The position numbers and the translations under genes are program-made. Positions 1 through 11,526 of a stretch of 64,000 nucleotides of DNA are shown in pieces. The notes beneath the pieces are model-generated. The model saw nothing but the letters and a program-made list of their open reading frames with translations. It was not told where the DNA came from and made no database searches. Position 1 is the first letter of the stretch; the number at the start of each line of letters is the position of its first letter. The DNA is from Lophium mytilinum (Eukaryota). The stretch lies in the NCBI GenBank assembly GCA_010093605.1, contig MU004193.1, positions 813,520 to 877,519 on the forward strand. The letters are read 5' to 3'.

Positions 1-1720
1 ATCAGCCCTTCGAACTACTGGAGCTGCACACACGTCCTCACAAGTGTACTCCGTACCTGGACCAACGGACAGGTTTACGTTCTGCACATGCTGGGGTGGA
101 TACTCGCAGTAACGATTTCTATGGACACAATAGTTGCCTGGTATAGTCAATACGAAATAGTCTCTATTCAGATGACGGTTAATGCCTACAGTAGGGATTC
201 TTTTCGCCACATTCAATTCTTTGTCGTTTGCAGGTTACGCAGCCCGTCTCTGAGCGAAAATACCAGGGCCCTTCTGTTTGAGCCTGCCCAGTTAGAAACT
301 CTTCATTTTGAGACCCCTCGTCCAAAGTGGTGGGAACTGTATGGGATCCGTTTGTCCATGAACGGGCTGAACTAGGCGGACGAGTCATAGACTCCTTGCC
401 CAGAGTGTGATCAGCTGGAGCCTGCTGGTTGATAGAGGTAAAAGCTGAAGACCGATCAACTGGTGGAACTTTCGAGGGCGAATGACTTGGAGTCATGAAG
501 CTTGGCCCTCGGTAATTCAATGATGAATATGTGCGTTGGTGCTCCACTGGAGGTCGATACATCCGATCAGGGAAGTGCTGAGATGTGGACATTGAAGGCG
601 GAAAATCAGGCGGAACGCTCACAGGCAATACTTGTGAGGCTGGAACGCTTGTTCGTGGAGACAAGGCTGATGGATGTGCTGCTAGGCGCTCTATTGTAGG
701 CTGAGATGCTTTCTGATCCTGGACTGACGACCGACCAATCGAACGCTCATTGAGCCACGGCGGGGCTTGTACAGGTGTAGAAATGGAAGGTCGGCGATGT
801 ATAAAATAGTAGGATGATGATAAAGGGCCCGAAAGGACTGATGGATCGTTTCGAGTGACGTTAGCTGTAGGTCCAGGGTTGATAGGTCTAAATTCCGAAG
901 GCGGACACTCCAGTGGACACGCTCGGGCCTGAGCAAAGTTGATAGGTAGCAAGTTCACAGCTGGATCACTATGGTATGGTATGATCGGAGTTGGTGGAGT
1001 CGCAGGTGGCGGAGTCGGTAATGGAATGGCAGGGACGCGCGTTGAAGTCTGCTTATTAGGAGGCTGAATAGTTGGATTCAGACAACTTACCTGTCTCAAA
1101 GTCGAATTCGGAGTATGTAGAATTGGAGGTAGATGCATAGACATAGGTTGCGTTTCAGATGAGTTGCCTTGGGCGACATGAGGTAGGTGAGGACGTGCTG
1201 AGGTCGTTGTGACTGCGTTCGAACTGCCTAAGATCGCTTCAACTCGATGTGAGATGTTACAGTGGTCTTTTAATAAGGCATTCGGCGTAGGAAGTTCCAA
1301 TCGCGACCGTGCAACGGGTGCAAGCGGTGAAGGTGGCACACCACTCGAATTATTTCTAAGTGGATGAGACACTGGAACAGGCGGCGGCCTAAGGGAGCTG
1401 GTTGCTGTGACGGAGTCCTGGCTAGTGGTTGGCCAGAAGTCAACTGTAGATGGCCTCTGAGGAAGTCTGCCATTATGATATCTCAGCAGCTTTTCCACCG
1501 GTTTCTTGTCTTCATCGATCAAGACCCATCTCTGAGCGGCTGCATCGACTAAGGTCCGTGTCTGAGAGGCTGGCTTGCCGTATAGTGTTGACATATTACG
1601 CCTCTTGAGCCCATGGTGTTCCACTCGCCCCAAGAGCTCAGTCTGGGGAGAGTTCCGCTCGCCGGCGGTAAGGATGCCCCGATCTTCCAGATAGCTGGCC
1701 ATGATACAATGCCGTACCAC
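1..1720 (-). CDS. Zn(II)2Cys6 fungal transcription-factor-like protein, Pro/Ser-rich N-terminal region; continues off the left edge; start uncertain
   Basis: The ORF ends at CVTCKRQRIECGEKNPY. Removing a 52-nt intron (189..138, GTAGGC...TTGAC...CAG) completes C-NY-C-VHRNRY-C-EY, giving Cx2Cx6Cx6Cx2Cx6C. The frame stays open to base 1. Confidence 0.7.
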
Positions 1721-1799
1721 AAATCTGTGTACAATGGTCTATCACTGCTGGGGGGTGCCCCTCTAGGCTTTCGAGTTTCAGACGCGATATGTTCATCAA

Positions 1800-2210
1800 G
1801 GCTGTGGGGATCGAATGGCCTTTTGGCTCCCTGCCCACTTGACCGCTAAGCTACTCCTGACGATGGTGTTGGGCGAGCAAGAGCCAGCTTCGAGCACTGC
1901 TATGTCGTGTACCCAGACCCGCTTTATCACTCCAGGCAGCCGGAAGGTATGTGGTTTTAACAGCTGTGGGGATTAAACGGCCTCTTGACTCCCTACCCAC
2001 TTGATAGCTAGGCTGCTCCTGACGATGGTGTTGGGCGAGCAAGAGCTAGCTTCGAGCACTGCTATATGGTGTACCCAGAACCGCCTTATCACTCCAGGCA
2101 GCCGGAAGGCATGTAGCTTTAACAGCTGTGGAAGTCGAACTTCCTCTTGACAAACTGTCTATCAGGCAGTTCGGCTCCTCCTGACGGCGATGTTGAGTGA
2201 GCAAGAGCGG
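1800..2210. repeat. Tandem repeat, 162-bp period, ~2.5 copies
   Basis: CTCCTGACG recurs at 1854, 2016 and 2178. GCTGTGG recurs at 1801, 1963 and 2125. Confidence 0.9.
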
Positions 2211-2637
2211 AATCCCAAGGCCTCGCACTGAATGCCGTATCGTGTAGGCATTCAGCACAACAATGATTCCTCACCACCGCGGGTATGCTCGTGTTGTGAC
2301 TCGGCGGAGTGTGCAAGGACCTGTATGCGGTTAGATGGTGATCATAGACGAGGGTTCTAATATGGAGCTAGGTAGGCAGGCTAGAGTAGATATCTGAAGG
2401 AGACGGTCCATAATACTTTCCGTCACCACGAACGCAATGTCTTGCTGGAAAACGCTGTACGCCAGAATTGAGGAGCACGATTCGTCAACTGATACGGATG
2501 GAAACATGTGTAGGAGATTCAGACTGAATAGAGGAAACGCGGGGGTTAAGTTTGAATGTTTGTGCCCACGGGCCACATGCTAGCGCTATCACACCGCGTT
2601 GTCACCTGCATATAGTCGCACAGTCCCGACGTCTGTG

Positions 2638-2922
2638 CAACATTTTCAAGTAGGTCTTTAGGGTCCCCCTAACAGCATTAAACACGTGGAAAGGCACGTT
2701 AATAGCGCGCAGCAAATTTGAAGGGTGATAAATATCACGTCCTTGCGCTACTACTAAGAAAGCCGCGTCTACTCTAGTCTATCGAAACTTCATATTATGC
2801 AACGTTTCCAAATAGGTCTTTAGGGGACTCCTAACGGCATCAAACAAGTGGAAATTCACGTTAATAGCTCACGGCCAATCTGAAGAGTGATGAACATCAC
2901 GTCCTTGCGCTACTATCACGAA
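2638..2922. repeat. Diverged non-coding direct duplication, 162-bp period
   Basis: TAGGTCTTTAGGG at 2651 and 2813. GTCCTTGCGCTACTA at 2739 and 2901. Confidence 0.85.
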
Positions 2923-3473
2923 CCCTCAGGAAGGGCTTCAGGTCCTTGCAAGCATGTGCAATGTTAAAAGCAAAAACAGGTAATTCAAACACTATGGAAG
3001 GACTGACTATGCCTCACTAGCCTCTGCGTAGTAGTATTTACCACTACACAAAAGCTAACAAGACCGGAAGAAGAAGAACAAACGAGTACACGCCCCCCAA
3101 TGTCTAAATGAAGCAAACCGTGGCCTTTTCCTTTGATCCCTCATGCACTTGGCGTGTTTCGCCTCTACTGTTCCGTCAATTAAAGAAATAGAAACTGGTT
3201 TTTGAGTCTTTTTTTTAGGTGTTCGCTGGTTTTGTCGTTTTTTTGTTCTTTCATCGTCTAGAAAACAGTAAGCCTTCGTATCTTTGGCGGTGCTTATTCT
3301 GCTTTTCGTGACCCAGACCTTCCTTTACTTCCCCTATTGAGCTCATTGTTGTTCTTGCGTCAGGAAAGGCATAGCTTGTTGTATTGATATCGTCTCCATT
3401 GTGGGGCCGTTGGGTATGGCCCTACGAGATATGTTGCGGTTCTCTGAGCCGAAGAGGGGCAATGCTCAAAGAC

Positions 3474-4571
3474 CTACTGTCCCAAATACTCAAGGTATTG
3501 CAATTGTGAACCCGGTTCCGACTCCCACAGCCTTATTGCGTCGTACGCCTCCCTCGCCTCCCTGTCGCCGTTGAAGTACCACGCAAAGCGGCCCGAGTGT
3601 GGATTCCAGTTCCACAGTAAATAAAGACTATGAGGGTATTCGTATCCGTCTGGAGGATGAGACAACAGGTCTCTGCCTTGATCAATTTCAGCCGCGGTGG
3701 GCACGTAGGGCGCGACTTTAAAGAGCTTGGGGTGTCGTATCTTGAAGCCCTTATCTGACTCCGACTGCACAAAGAAACAGCCGTCGTCCAAATGCGTCTT
3801 CTGCCACTCCCATTTGAGGCCTTTTTTGTTGAAGCCCCAAACCCAAGAACCACTCAAAGGGAGCCAGCGCTTCCTCTCCTCGTCTTGCCAGCTAGGGCTA
3901 GGTGTCGAGCCCCCAAAGAGCTGAGGAAACTGTCTTACGAAGCCCTGGTCTGACTCCCACTGCTCGATGAAGAAACTCTCGTTGTCTTGGACCCAATGAT
4001 GGACCCGAACCCACTCCCAACGAGTCACTTCGGCGTTAAACTCCCACTCCCAACCAAGCCCTCCGTCTGGAAGCAGTGAAAACCTATCTAATGCAGGTTC
4101 TGGGCGGCCTTCTTTGTGCATGGCCATCGCACTTGCCAGGCAACCCTTCATCCCGTATATAGTTGCTTGCAGTTGCACGTTCAAAAGCTGTTTCTCTACA
4201 CACTTAGCTCGAAGAACAGCGTTCACGCGACTATAGTTCTCAATCGAGGCATTCAACGCCGCTTTTTTCTGTTTTGCGAGAATGTTATTCCTTTCCCTAA
4301 CTTTGGCTTTGCCGTCATTAGGGTATTTCACCGGCCGACCAGGACCCCGCTTGGTCTTTCCCTTCGCGGGGGCTGGGGGATCGTCAGGCTGCGTGCTCTG
4401 ACTTGTACCCTCTTGCGCCTTTTCAAGGTTATCGTCCGGTTGTGGTTCATTGGGAGCCGGGCGAAGTGCGAGAACAGGGTGACTCTCGGTGCCGACAAGG
4501 TTGCCCTCCGCATGTTCGAAGTCGGGGGAGTTGCTATGAGGCATACTGGGGCCGGTTGTTTGGGGTCCCAT
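3474..4571 (-). CDS. Hypothetical protein, 365 aa: AT-hook-like motif, basic/coiled-coil (bZIP-like) segment, Trp-rich internal repeats
   Basis: Single long ATG ORF with KRGPGRP, then KAKVRERNNILAKQKKAALN followed by a heptad-like stretch. The C-terminal half has repeated WxWxFN...WEW blocks. Confidence 0.6.
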   Translation of the reverse strand: MGPQTTGPSMPHSNSPDFEHAEGNLVGTESHPVLALRPAPNEPQPDDNLEKAQEGTSQSTQPDDPPAPAKGKTKRGPGRPVKYPNDGKAKVRERNNILAKQKKAALNASIENYSRVNAVLRAKCVEKQLLNVQLQATIYGMKGCLASAMAMHKEGRPEPALDRFSLLPDGGLGWEWEFNAEVTRWEWVRVHHWVQDNESFFIEQWESDQGFVRQFPQLFGGSTPSPSWQDEERKRWLPLSGSWVWGFNKKGLKWEWQKTHLDDGCFFVQSESDKGFKIRHPKLFKVAPYVPTAAEIDQGRDLLSHPPDGYEYPHSLYLLWNWNPHSGRFAWYFNGDREAREAYDAIRLWESEPGSQLQYLEYLGQ

Positions 4572-6006
4572 TGCGGCTTTTGGGGGTTGGACCGGCGGTC
4601 GACGGTACTTCTTTTGACCGGAGGGGTGTTTTATTGAGGGTAAAGAAGAGGCGAGGGGTGTAGCCTGTCCGTTGCTTTGGCTGCTTAGGAGGCTGTAGAA
4701 GTAGGAGCTTGTCGGAGCAAAGTAGAGGTAAGAGAGGTTTTTGGTTAGTTGCTGTGGGTGTCAAAGAGGCTGTATTTATCCCAGTAAGTCGAAGTTGGTT
4801 ATATGATTGTGCGTGGTTTGTAGTAGAGGGAGCGTGGGATTTTATAGACATACAGGAGCGCTCTGATGAGCGTTACCGTGGAGCTTTGCTGCGCGTACCG
4901 TACTTCGAGGTGCCAAGGTTCTGCTATTGCGACGAAAGGGGAAAGAAATAGGGCGCCCAATCGTTCCAATGGCTCAGCGGATCAGAGCGCAGCGTCGTCC
5001 TTGGCTCTCCAATAGCCAGCATAGTCGTAACAGATTGGACATCTATTATCTAATGGCCACCTGACGTGCTTTTAGGGCAGTCAGCTTGACTGATAGTGCC
5101 ATTTTGAATCTAGTTCTCCTAAAAGAGTGTACCGACCGGAGTAAGCAAATGGCAACAAAAGCGGCGAAAAGACGCATGACAATGAATGAAGCTGCAAAGC
5201 GTATGCGACGACATGACTACGCCTGAAGGTATAGTGCTGAGCTGCACTACACCTTTAGCCTTAAACCGAAACCGGGTATGAAGCTTAAGAATCATTGGAC
5301 GCGGTTGAGGAGATTGGGAGCCTTCTTAACTACTTGAGCCACCCCCGAATGCACCACAGGATGAAGAACGGCCCCTCGATACTCCTAATAAATGGTCTCC
5401 CAGTGATAAGCCGGAGCTTGCACACACTAGTTGCCACTGTTTGAGGTACCTCAACTAGGCCTCAGAATTTTAGGAGCTATGTTAAGTTCCGTACAGCGGT
5501 TCCTAGGCTGTCTCTTGGCTGGTCGGCCTACCAGCAGTCAGGCCGCCCCTGACAATGGTGTCTAGCCTTCAATTAGGCGCTATATCAGCGCGGTATCCCT
5601 ATGCCCCGACTTACGGCCTAGTATTTAATCACCTGGGTATTCAAGCACGGGCATGCGGTAGAATAGCACCAAGTAATATTTATTACCATATTAGGCTTGT
5701 ATCACGCTTCGTAACAAATCCGCGTATACTTTACAGTGTTTCTTTTACATTTAGGGGAACCTTGGGAGTGCGATACTTCTGATTGGCTGAAACAGAGAGC
5801 GGAACGGCGACGGTTGTCAGTCTCGTGATTGGGATTAAATTTAAGAGATTGGGGACAGAACGAAAATTTGACAAATAAAAATGGTTGAGCCCCATACGCG
5901 TACGATTGCTTGTTCCGTGCTGTAACGGTTAGCAACGGCCTTAGTTGACGACCACGATGATAGGCCTGGAATCCAGGCGCGAATACTCCTTTCGGGGTAT
6001 ACTGTA

Positions 6007-6232
6007 CAGCGCCTGGATGCATCCGGTGGCTTAGCGCGGAAATCTAGCCACGAAAGTCAGTCGCCAAACTGAGATAATTCGATTTGTAACACCTCCTGGT
6101 ACCGTACTTTTAGCAGATCCAGCTCATCCTTGGTTAGGATATGTCCAGAAAAGGGCATCCTCCGCTCTGATTCTATCTATTCTAGCTGTGGCTTGATTTC
6201 CGCGCCAAGCCACCGGATGCATCCAGGCGCTG
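6007..6232. mobile_element. 226-bp MITE, Tc1/mariner-type
   Basis: 45-bp terminal inverted repeats (6007-6051 and 6188-6232, 2 mismatches) starting CAGCGCCTGG. Flanked by TA at 6005-6006 and 6233-6234. Confidence 0.85.
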
Positions 6233-7237
6233 TAGGATATTGAGAATCCAGGCGCCATGTCAAGTCCCATGCGGTGGAGTCTGAGCTATCATTTGATCCG
6301 AGGGTTTCCAAGCATCGGGACTGCTCGTGGCAGTGGCACATGGCTTCTACAATGGGCGCTCGAGCTGCGAAATCTCCGTGTACCTAGACTTCTGGCCTAG
6401 TACTCTGGCTCATGAGAGATGACCATTCTACTCAGGGGTTTCCGTCTACATGGTTCCGGCGAGGGTTGCGCTGATATCTTGTTGTGGGTTTTGGACTGCC
6501 AGCACTCATGGTCCACAGCGTCGACTTGGGTGACGGTAGTTTGGTGGCCTCTGGGTAAAATGTGATCCATCCACGCTTCAAGTGCACTTTCACTAAGCAC
6601 TGGCATGCAGTAGTCAAAAGAGGCACTAAGCAATCTTGTTCTATGGATTATGGAGCTGTAAGCATCCTTGATTACTCCATTAGGCTCTGCAAAGTGACCA
6701 TCCTATGTTCTTCTTTCCAGAGGTTTGGTGAGGCTCTCCTCATATTCTGCCGTACGGTCTGCACGGTCAGCCTCTATGGCTCACGTAGGACGAGCCGGGG
6801 AGGCTGTTTAGTATCCTAGAACACTTCGGTACTGCTCGGTGTACCGCTACTTGTATTTCATGCCGTTAGCATTCCGAAGCCTTCTGTATGTGTTGAAGCC
6901 AGCTCACCCATGGCTCTAGACCTTGTCTTGTAGCCTTTCAAACGATGCATTCTTAACCCTTGCCCAGGTCTTGCGAGACCTCGTAGACAAACACGCCTAT
7001 CTGCCTTGTCAGGCCAGAAGAACGCCCTGGTAAATTCCAGCTCGCTACCGGACTTGATCCGACCCTCGGAACCATATCATAACTCTTACTGGCATCCCTA
7101 CGATGGGATACCCCTCAATAGTCCCTTCTGACGTTTCGTGCTGGAAGGGCAACGTATCGCTTCCAGCTCGCTTCCATTTTCGCCCAAGCATTGGAACTAC
7201 AACGTATATCTTCAAGCAGCCCACAACAAAACACCCC

Positions 7238-7777
7238 TCACAAGTACTTCTTGGCCGCGCCCGCCACCCTTCCCCGAAAGACCGGGCTCGTGACTTTATC
7301 ATTGACCATGTAAAATGGGCTCATAATCGTCTTGACCCAAGCATCATACACATCCACGAAGAAATTCCGCACTGCCTCCTCCGTCGCCGGCGCCGTAGGG
7401 TTATAATTCGAACTACTCGGATACGCACTCGCGCGCGCCGAGCTCGCAAGCGCACTACTCCTCGACGCCGGTGCCGCTGCGGGCGCTGTCAGCAGTAGGA
7501 ACTTGACATTGCCGCCGGTGATGAAGCCCGATACGTAGAGGTTCTGGAACTTGTCGATGTGCTTGAGGTACATGGGCGCGCCGCCGGAGGTCGGGGTAGT
7601 CGGCGACCACTGGACCTCTTCCACGATGTCGATGCTGCTGTTGGAAACGAACTGGATGTGGTGGCGCGATTCAGTGGGGAAGCGGGCGATGCCGTCGCCG
7701 CCTTGCTTGGAGGTGCCGAATTCGTGCTCATAGAGGGCTTTGTCGTTTGTGCCAACGATCGAGAAGTAGTAAGACAT
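7238..7777 (-). CDS. TRS20: TRAPP complex subunit Trs20 / Sedlin (TRAPPC2)
   Basis: MSYYFSIVGTNDKALYEHEF...SSIDIVEEVQW...MYLKHIDKF...FFVDVYDAWVKTIMSPFY...F..RV...AKKYL is the Sedlin family pattern. Confidence 0.93.
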   Translation of the reverse strand: MSYYFSIVGTNDKALYEHEFGTSKQGGDGIARFPTESRHHIQFVSNSSIDIVEEVQWSPTTPTSGGAPMYLKHIDKFQNLYVSGFITGGNVKFLLLTAPAAAPASRSSALASSARASAYPSSSNYNPTAPATEEAVRNFFVDVYDAWVKTIMSPFYMVNDKVTSPVFRGRVAGAAKKYL

Positions 7778-8028
7778 GCTCGGTGGTGAGAGAGGGATGG
7801 CTTGATTTTATGCAATTTGGGAGTTAGCTTGAGCAATGAGAGTTCCTGGAAATGATTCTAAAAGAGCTGTAATATGGGACCAATGATTGACGTGGTGATA
7901 TCCAAGGTTCGAAATAGCTTTGACGTCGATGCTCCCCGAGGAACCGCCGCCTTGGCAAAACTTTCGACGTTGACTTTCCCGCGACGGCGACCTCGACCTC
8001 CGAGCAGCCTCAATTGCCCTCCATCACA

Positions 8029-8516
8029 ATGTTTGGTGCTTTCCGCCTAACGTCGCCCCTATCCGGGGGTCTATTATGGTATGAGATCCAACTTTGGCGT
8101 CCCCCAATGGAGTCCAGGTCCATCCTCACGTATTCACCTCCGCATCCCGCTAATACCACCCTCTCAGGAAAATGCCCTGGCGGCTGTCTCGACACCAAAA
8201 GTACCGCCACCGTGAGCGATTACGGCGCGTCGACGACATCATATCCACTCTCGATATCGCGTTAGCGAAGCAGGGGCTGTCTACGAAGAAGCTGGAGGTG
8301 TGGAAGAAGGACATGCCGACTGAGGCGGAGATGTTGCCAAGGGATAAATACACGATATTTGATCGCAAGGTGAAGAGGTATCGGAAGGGAATACACAGTG
8401 AGTTCGAGTCCCTGCTCGTTTTCAAGCTAGGAGAGCTAGGATGGATGACTGACTGTTCAATAGAGCTACCGAAGTGGACGAGGCTTTCACAGAGAATCAA
8501 CCCTCCTGGGTTCTAG
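8029..8516 (+). CDS. MRPL31: Mitochondrial large ribosomal subunit protein L31 (mL60); exons 8029-8078, 8168-8397, 8464-8516
   Basis: Spliced product MFGAFRLTSPLSGGLLWKMPWRLS...[35 protein letters not shown]. Canonical GT-AG introns. Divergent from TRS20 across ~250 bp. Confidence 0.93.
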
Positions 8517-8818
8517 GACTGTGGATGTCTGGGAGGAAAATAGGATGGAGTTCTGTGTATAATACTGTGAACAATACATGGATTAACCTTCCCCCGGGGT
8601 TTTCACTAAGACGACGCAACTTCACTTGCGCGCGCTGCTATTGTTCTTATTGTCACGATGATTGCTAATTGTGGTGCTCACAATGGCTCCTGAACTCATA
8701 TTTAACGCCCAAACCTTTCAATGGATTCAACACTCTTTCTTTTACAACCTTCTCATTCCGCGAGTCTCATATCGTCAGGTTTCATCTCTCTCGCAAATCT
8801 CGAAAAGCCCCAATCAAA

Positions 8819-9625
8819 ATGCCCACCGTCACTCGCCTTCAATCAACCCGCGCAACCAATGGCATCGCGAAACCCCAACTCAAAGACCCTCGAGAGCAGA
8901 AAGCACGAAAGCTTGCATAGTAAGTTCTCCTCTCAAACTAAAAGAGAGAATACTCACTAACCCGAAATAGCTTTGGCCGGACAATGGTGCAAGTCTGCGT
9001 CGGTGAAGACGATCGGCAGGAAAAGTTTGCTGTTCACGATACACCTCTCCGCTCCCATTCCAAATTCTTTGCCAATGCCATGAACGGATCTTGGAAGGAG
9101 TCAGACGAACGTATCATCAAGCTCCCAGACGATAGCCCGGAAACTTTCGAGCTCTACATCCACTACATCTACACCGGCAAACTCGCCATAGTCGCAGGCG
9201 AAGGCGTAGTCGACGACGACCGAGGCACGAGACAATTCGTCGCCCAACTCAAGGCCCTAGCCTATCTATATGTCTTTGTCGAAAAGATTCTGGACAGTGC
9301 CTGCAAGAACGACGTCGTCGACGCGATGGTAGCTTGCGTTAGAGACAATAGCAAGATACCACCACTTTTCGTCGTCGAAATTATATACAACGGAACGGCA
9401 GGACCATGCTCCGCGAGAAAATTTCTGGTCGACGTTTGCGCGCGCTGGTCGAACGCGAAGTACTTCAAGGATCGCCGAGAAAGATTCCCGGTGGACTTCA
9501 CGTTCGATGTTATCACCAAGATGCTCGAGTACAGAAAAGCTGGGCCTCACCTTCCCAAGAGCGCCCCTGATTTTGTGAATGGCGCTCAATACTACGACAC
9601 CGATGGCAGCAAGGATGCCGCCTAA
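8819..9625 (+). CDS. BTB/POZ-domain protein; exons 8819-8919, 8971-9625
   Basis: VQVCVG...FAVHDTPLRSHSKFFANAMNGSWKES...IKLPDDSPETFELYIHYIYTG is a fungal BTB signature. A GTAAGT...CTAAC...TAG intron joins the exons in frame. Confidence 0.88.
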
Positions 9626-9944
9626 GAAAGAGAGGCGTTGGCTCAAGGCTCCATGTATGCCCAGTTCAGTTCTATGAGTGTCTATCAAACCTCGAAAGCT
9701 ACATCCAATAGGGCTTCTCCTACAAATCGATTGATCAATATGTACATTTCTCCAAACTTTCTCACCAGAAATCTTCACTTCACTTTTTGCCTCCTAGCGA
9801 GCTCGCCGTCCACGTGTCCCTTCACTTCATCTTTACCGCCCGTCATGTTGCCCGCTAGCGCCCTCCAGCTTCACCTCTACAAAACCTTCTCCCTCCCCCA
9901 CCTCATCCTCCTCCACCCATTCACGACTCCACAAACCAGTAATC

Positions 9945-11378
9945 ATGGCCCCGGACCAGGGCCAACTTTCTCTTTGGCGCGAGTATAACGCTTTGGTAGC
10001 GCGGAACGAGGGCGCGGAACGCAAGCTGAAGGAAGCCAACCGCGCTGCAGAAGCGTTAGTGCGCGCTCAACTCACAGAAGCGTTTGGCGAGACGCCGGAG
10101 CCTGAGGTTGCAACGGCTATAGTATCTACGCCGCCTTTCACACCGCGTGATGTTCCTAAAGTCCAGGCTCCTCCAGCAGGCTTAGAAGCTCCATCAACCC
10201 CGCGGCATGTCACCAGCACCGCAGGCCCTCCCCCAGCTACACCTCCAGTCACGCCGTATCACATCTCCCGTGTCGGCCATGGATTCAGTAATGCACTCTC
10301 CGAGCGTGCTTCGACTGTCGCGCCGGACGAAACGGATGTTCTCGATATGGATGTGGACGCCGACCTCCAAAATCGCGAACGCGTCGAAGTTGCCCCTCAA
10401 AACCTAGCCAACCCAGGAGTCAACCTCAGCACAAGCCCTGCCGACGTCGTTAAGCCGGAAGAACTGTCCCCTATAACTGTTCAGGGTGGTGAGGTCGTCG
10501 ATCTCTGCGGCGCGTATACATCCGACGAAGCAGAGGACGAGGAGATGGTGGTCGTCGAAGAGCCCAAGACTCCTACCAAACCGCCTCCCAGTCTTGCGAG
10601 GCATTTCGGCTCTTTCAAAGGAGATCCCGTTTCCCCGACCTCTCCAACCTCTACCGCCGAGAAAACAGGCAGAAGTCAAGCTCAGAACGAGCAAAACGTA
10701 GCACCTCCAACGCAGTCTCAAACCCACACCGCGCGGCCAGTCCAAAAGGCAGCTCGAGGCGCCACGAGCATCATCACCAGCCCTAAGCCCGCTGCAACAG
10801 CCTCAGCGGCTGGAAGCCTGAGCACTACCAACCCGTCGACGCCCAAACCGGCCCTTAAACGCCCGGCTTCAATGCTCATCGTTCTCAGCGACGACGACTC
10901 CGATTACGCACCGCAAGACAGCCCTCCGCCTCCACCGAAACGGCAGCGTCCAGCTTCGTCCGCGAAAAAGAGCGTGACGATCGCCAGTCCGCCAGTCACC
11001 CCAACCAGCAGCAGCAGGAAATCCGGTCCCACCAATGCCAAGTCTGTGCTCTCGAAGAAGCCCGGCCCCAGTGTGGTAAAGCCAGCCGTCTCCCATGCAC
11101 GTATGGCATCCCACCCGCAGCTCCACCATCCGCTGAGCCCTGCGACTAACATGCGCATGCGACTAGCCCTGATGGCGCCGCCGCCGTCTCTGGGGGTTAG
11201 GGCACCTCGCGCCGCGGCGACAAAGGCTCGGGAGATGACCGGCATGGTGGTCAGAGAAGAGGCGAGGCTGCGGGAGATGAGTGACGATGCTTTGATGGTG
11301 GAAATTGAGAACGGGAGGCTAGCGAGGTTGAGCCTGGAGCCACCGGAGAGGAGGCAAAGGCCCGGAGCGAAGCCATGA
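9945..11378 (+). CDS. Hypothetical Pro/Ser/Thr-rich, largely disordered protein, 477 aa
   Basis: Long ATG ORF with an N-terminal coiled coil, many (S/T)P sites and an NLS-like PPKRQR. Confidence 0.7.
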   Translation: MAPDQGQLSLWREYNALVARNEGAERKLKEANRAAEALVRAQLTEAFGETPEPEVATAIVSTPPFTPRDVPKVQAPPAGLEAPSTPRHVTSTAGPPPATPPVTPYHISRVGHGFSNALSERASTVAPDETDVLDMDVDADLQNRERVEVAPQNLANPGVNLSTSPADVVKPEELSPITVQGGEVVDLCGAYTSDEAEDEEMVVVEEPKTPTKPPPSLARHFGSFKGDPVSPTSPTSTAEKTGRSQAQNEQNVAPPTQSQTHTARPVQKAARGATSIITSPKPAATASAAGSLSTTNPSTPKPALKRPASMLIVLSDDDSDYAPQDSPPPPPKRQRPASSAKKSVTIASPPVTPTSSSRKSGPTNAKSVLSKKPGPSVVKPAVSHARMASHPQLHHPLSPATNMRMRLALMAPPPSLGVRAPRAAATKAREMTGMVVREEARLREMSDDALMVEIENGRLARLSLEPPERRQRPGAKP

Positions 11379-11474
11379 GGGGATGGCGGTTCACGGGGTA
11401 AGGGATTGGCCTTGACTTAGGTCTTGACTGAGGCTCCTGTCGAACACTTTCAGGGTATGAGGTAGTGCGGGATG

Positions 11475-11526
11475 CGATGGCTGGAAACGATGGCTGGATA
11501 CGATGGCTGGATACAATGGCTGGATA
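11475..11526. repeat. 13-bp minisatellite, 4 copies (CGATGGCTGGATA)
   Basis: Four consecutive near-identical units read directly from the sequence. Confidence 0.85.
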
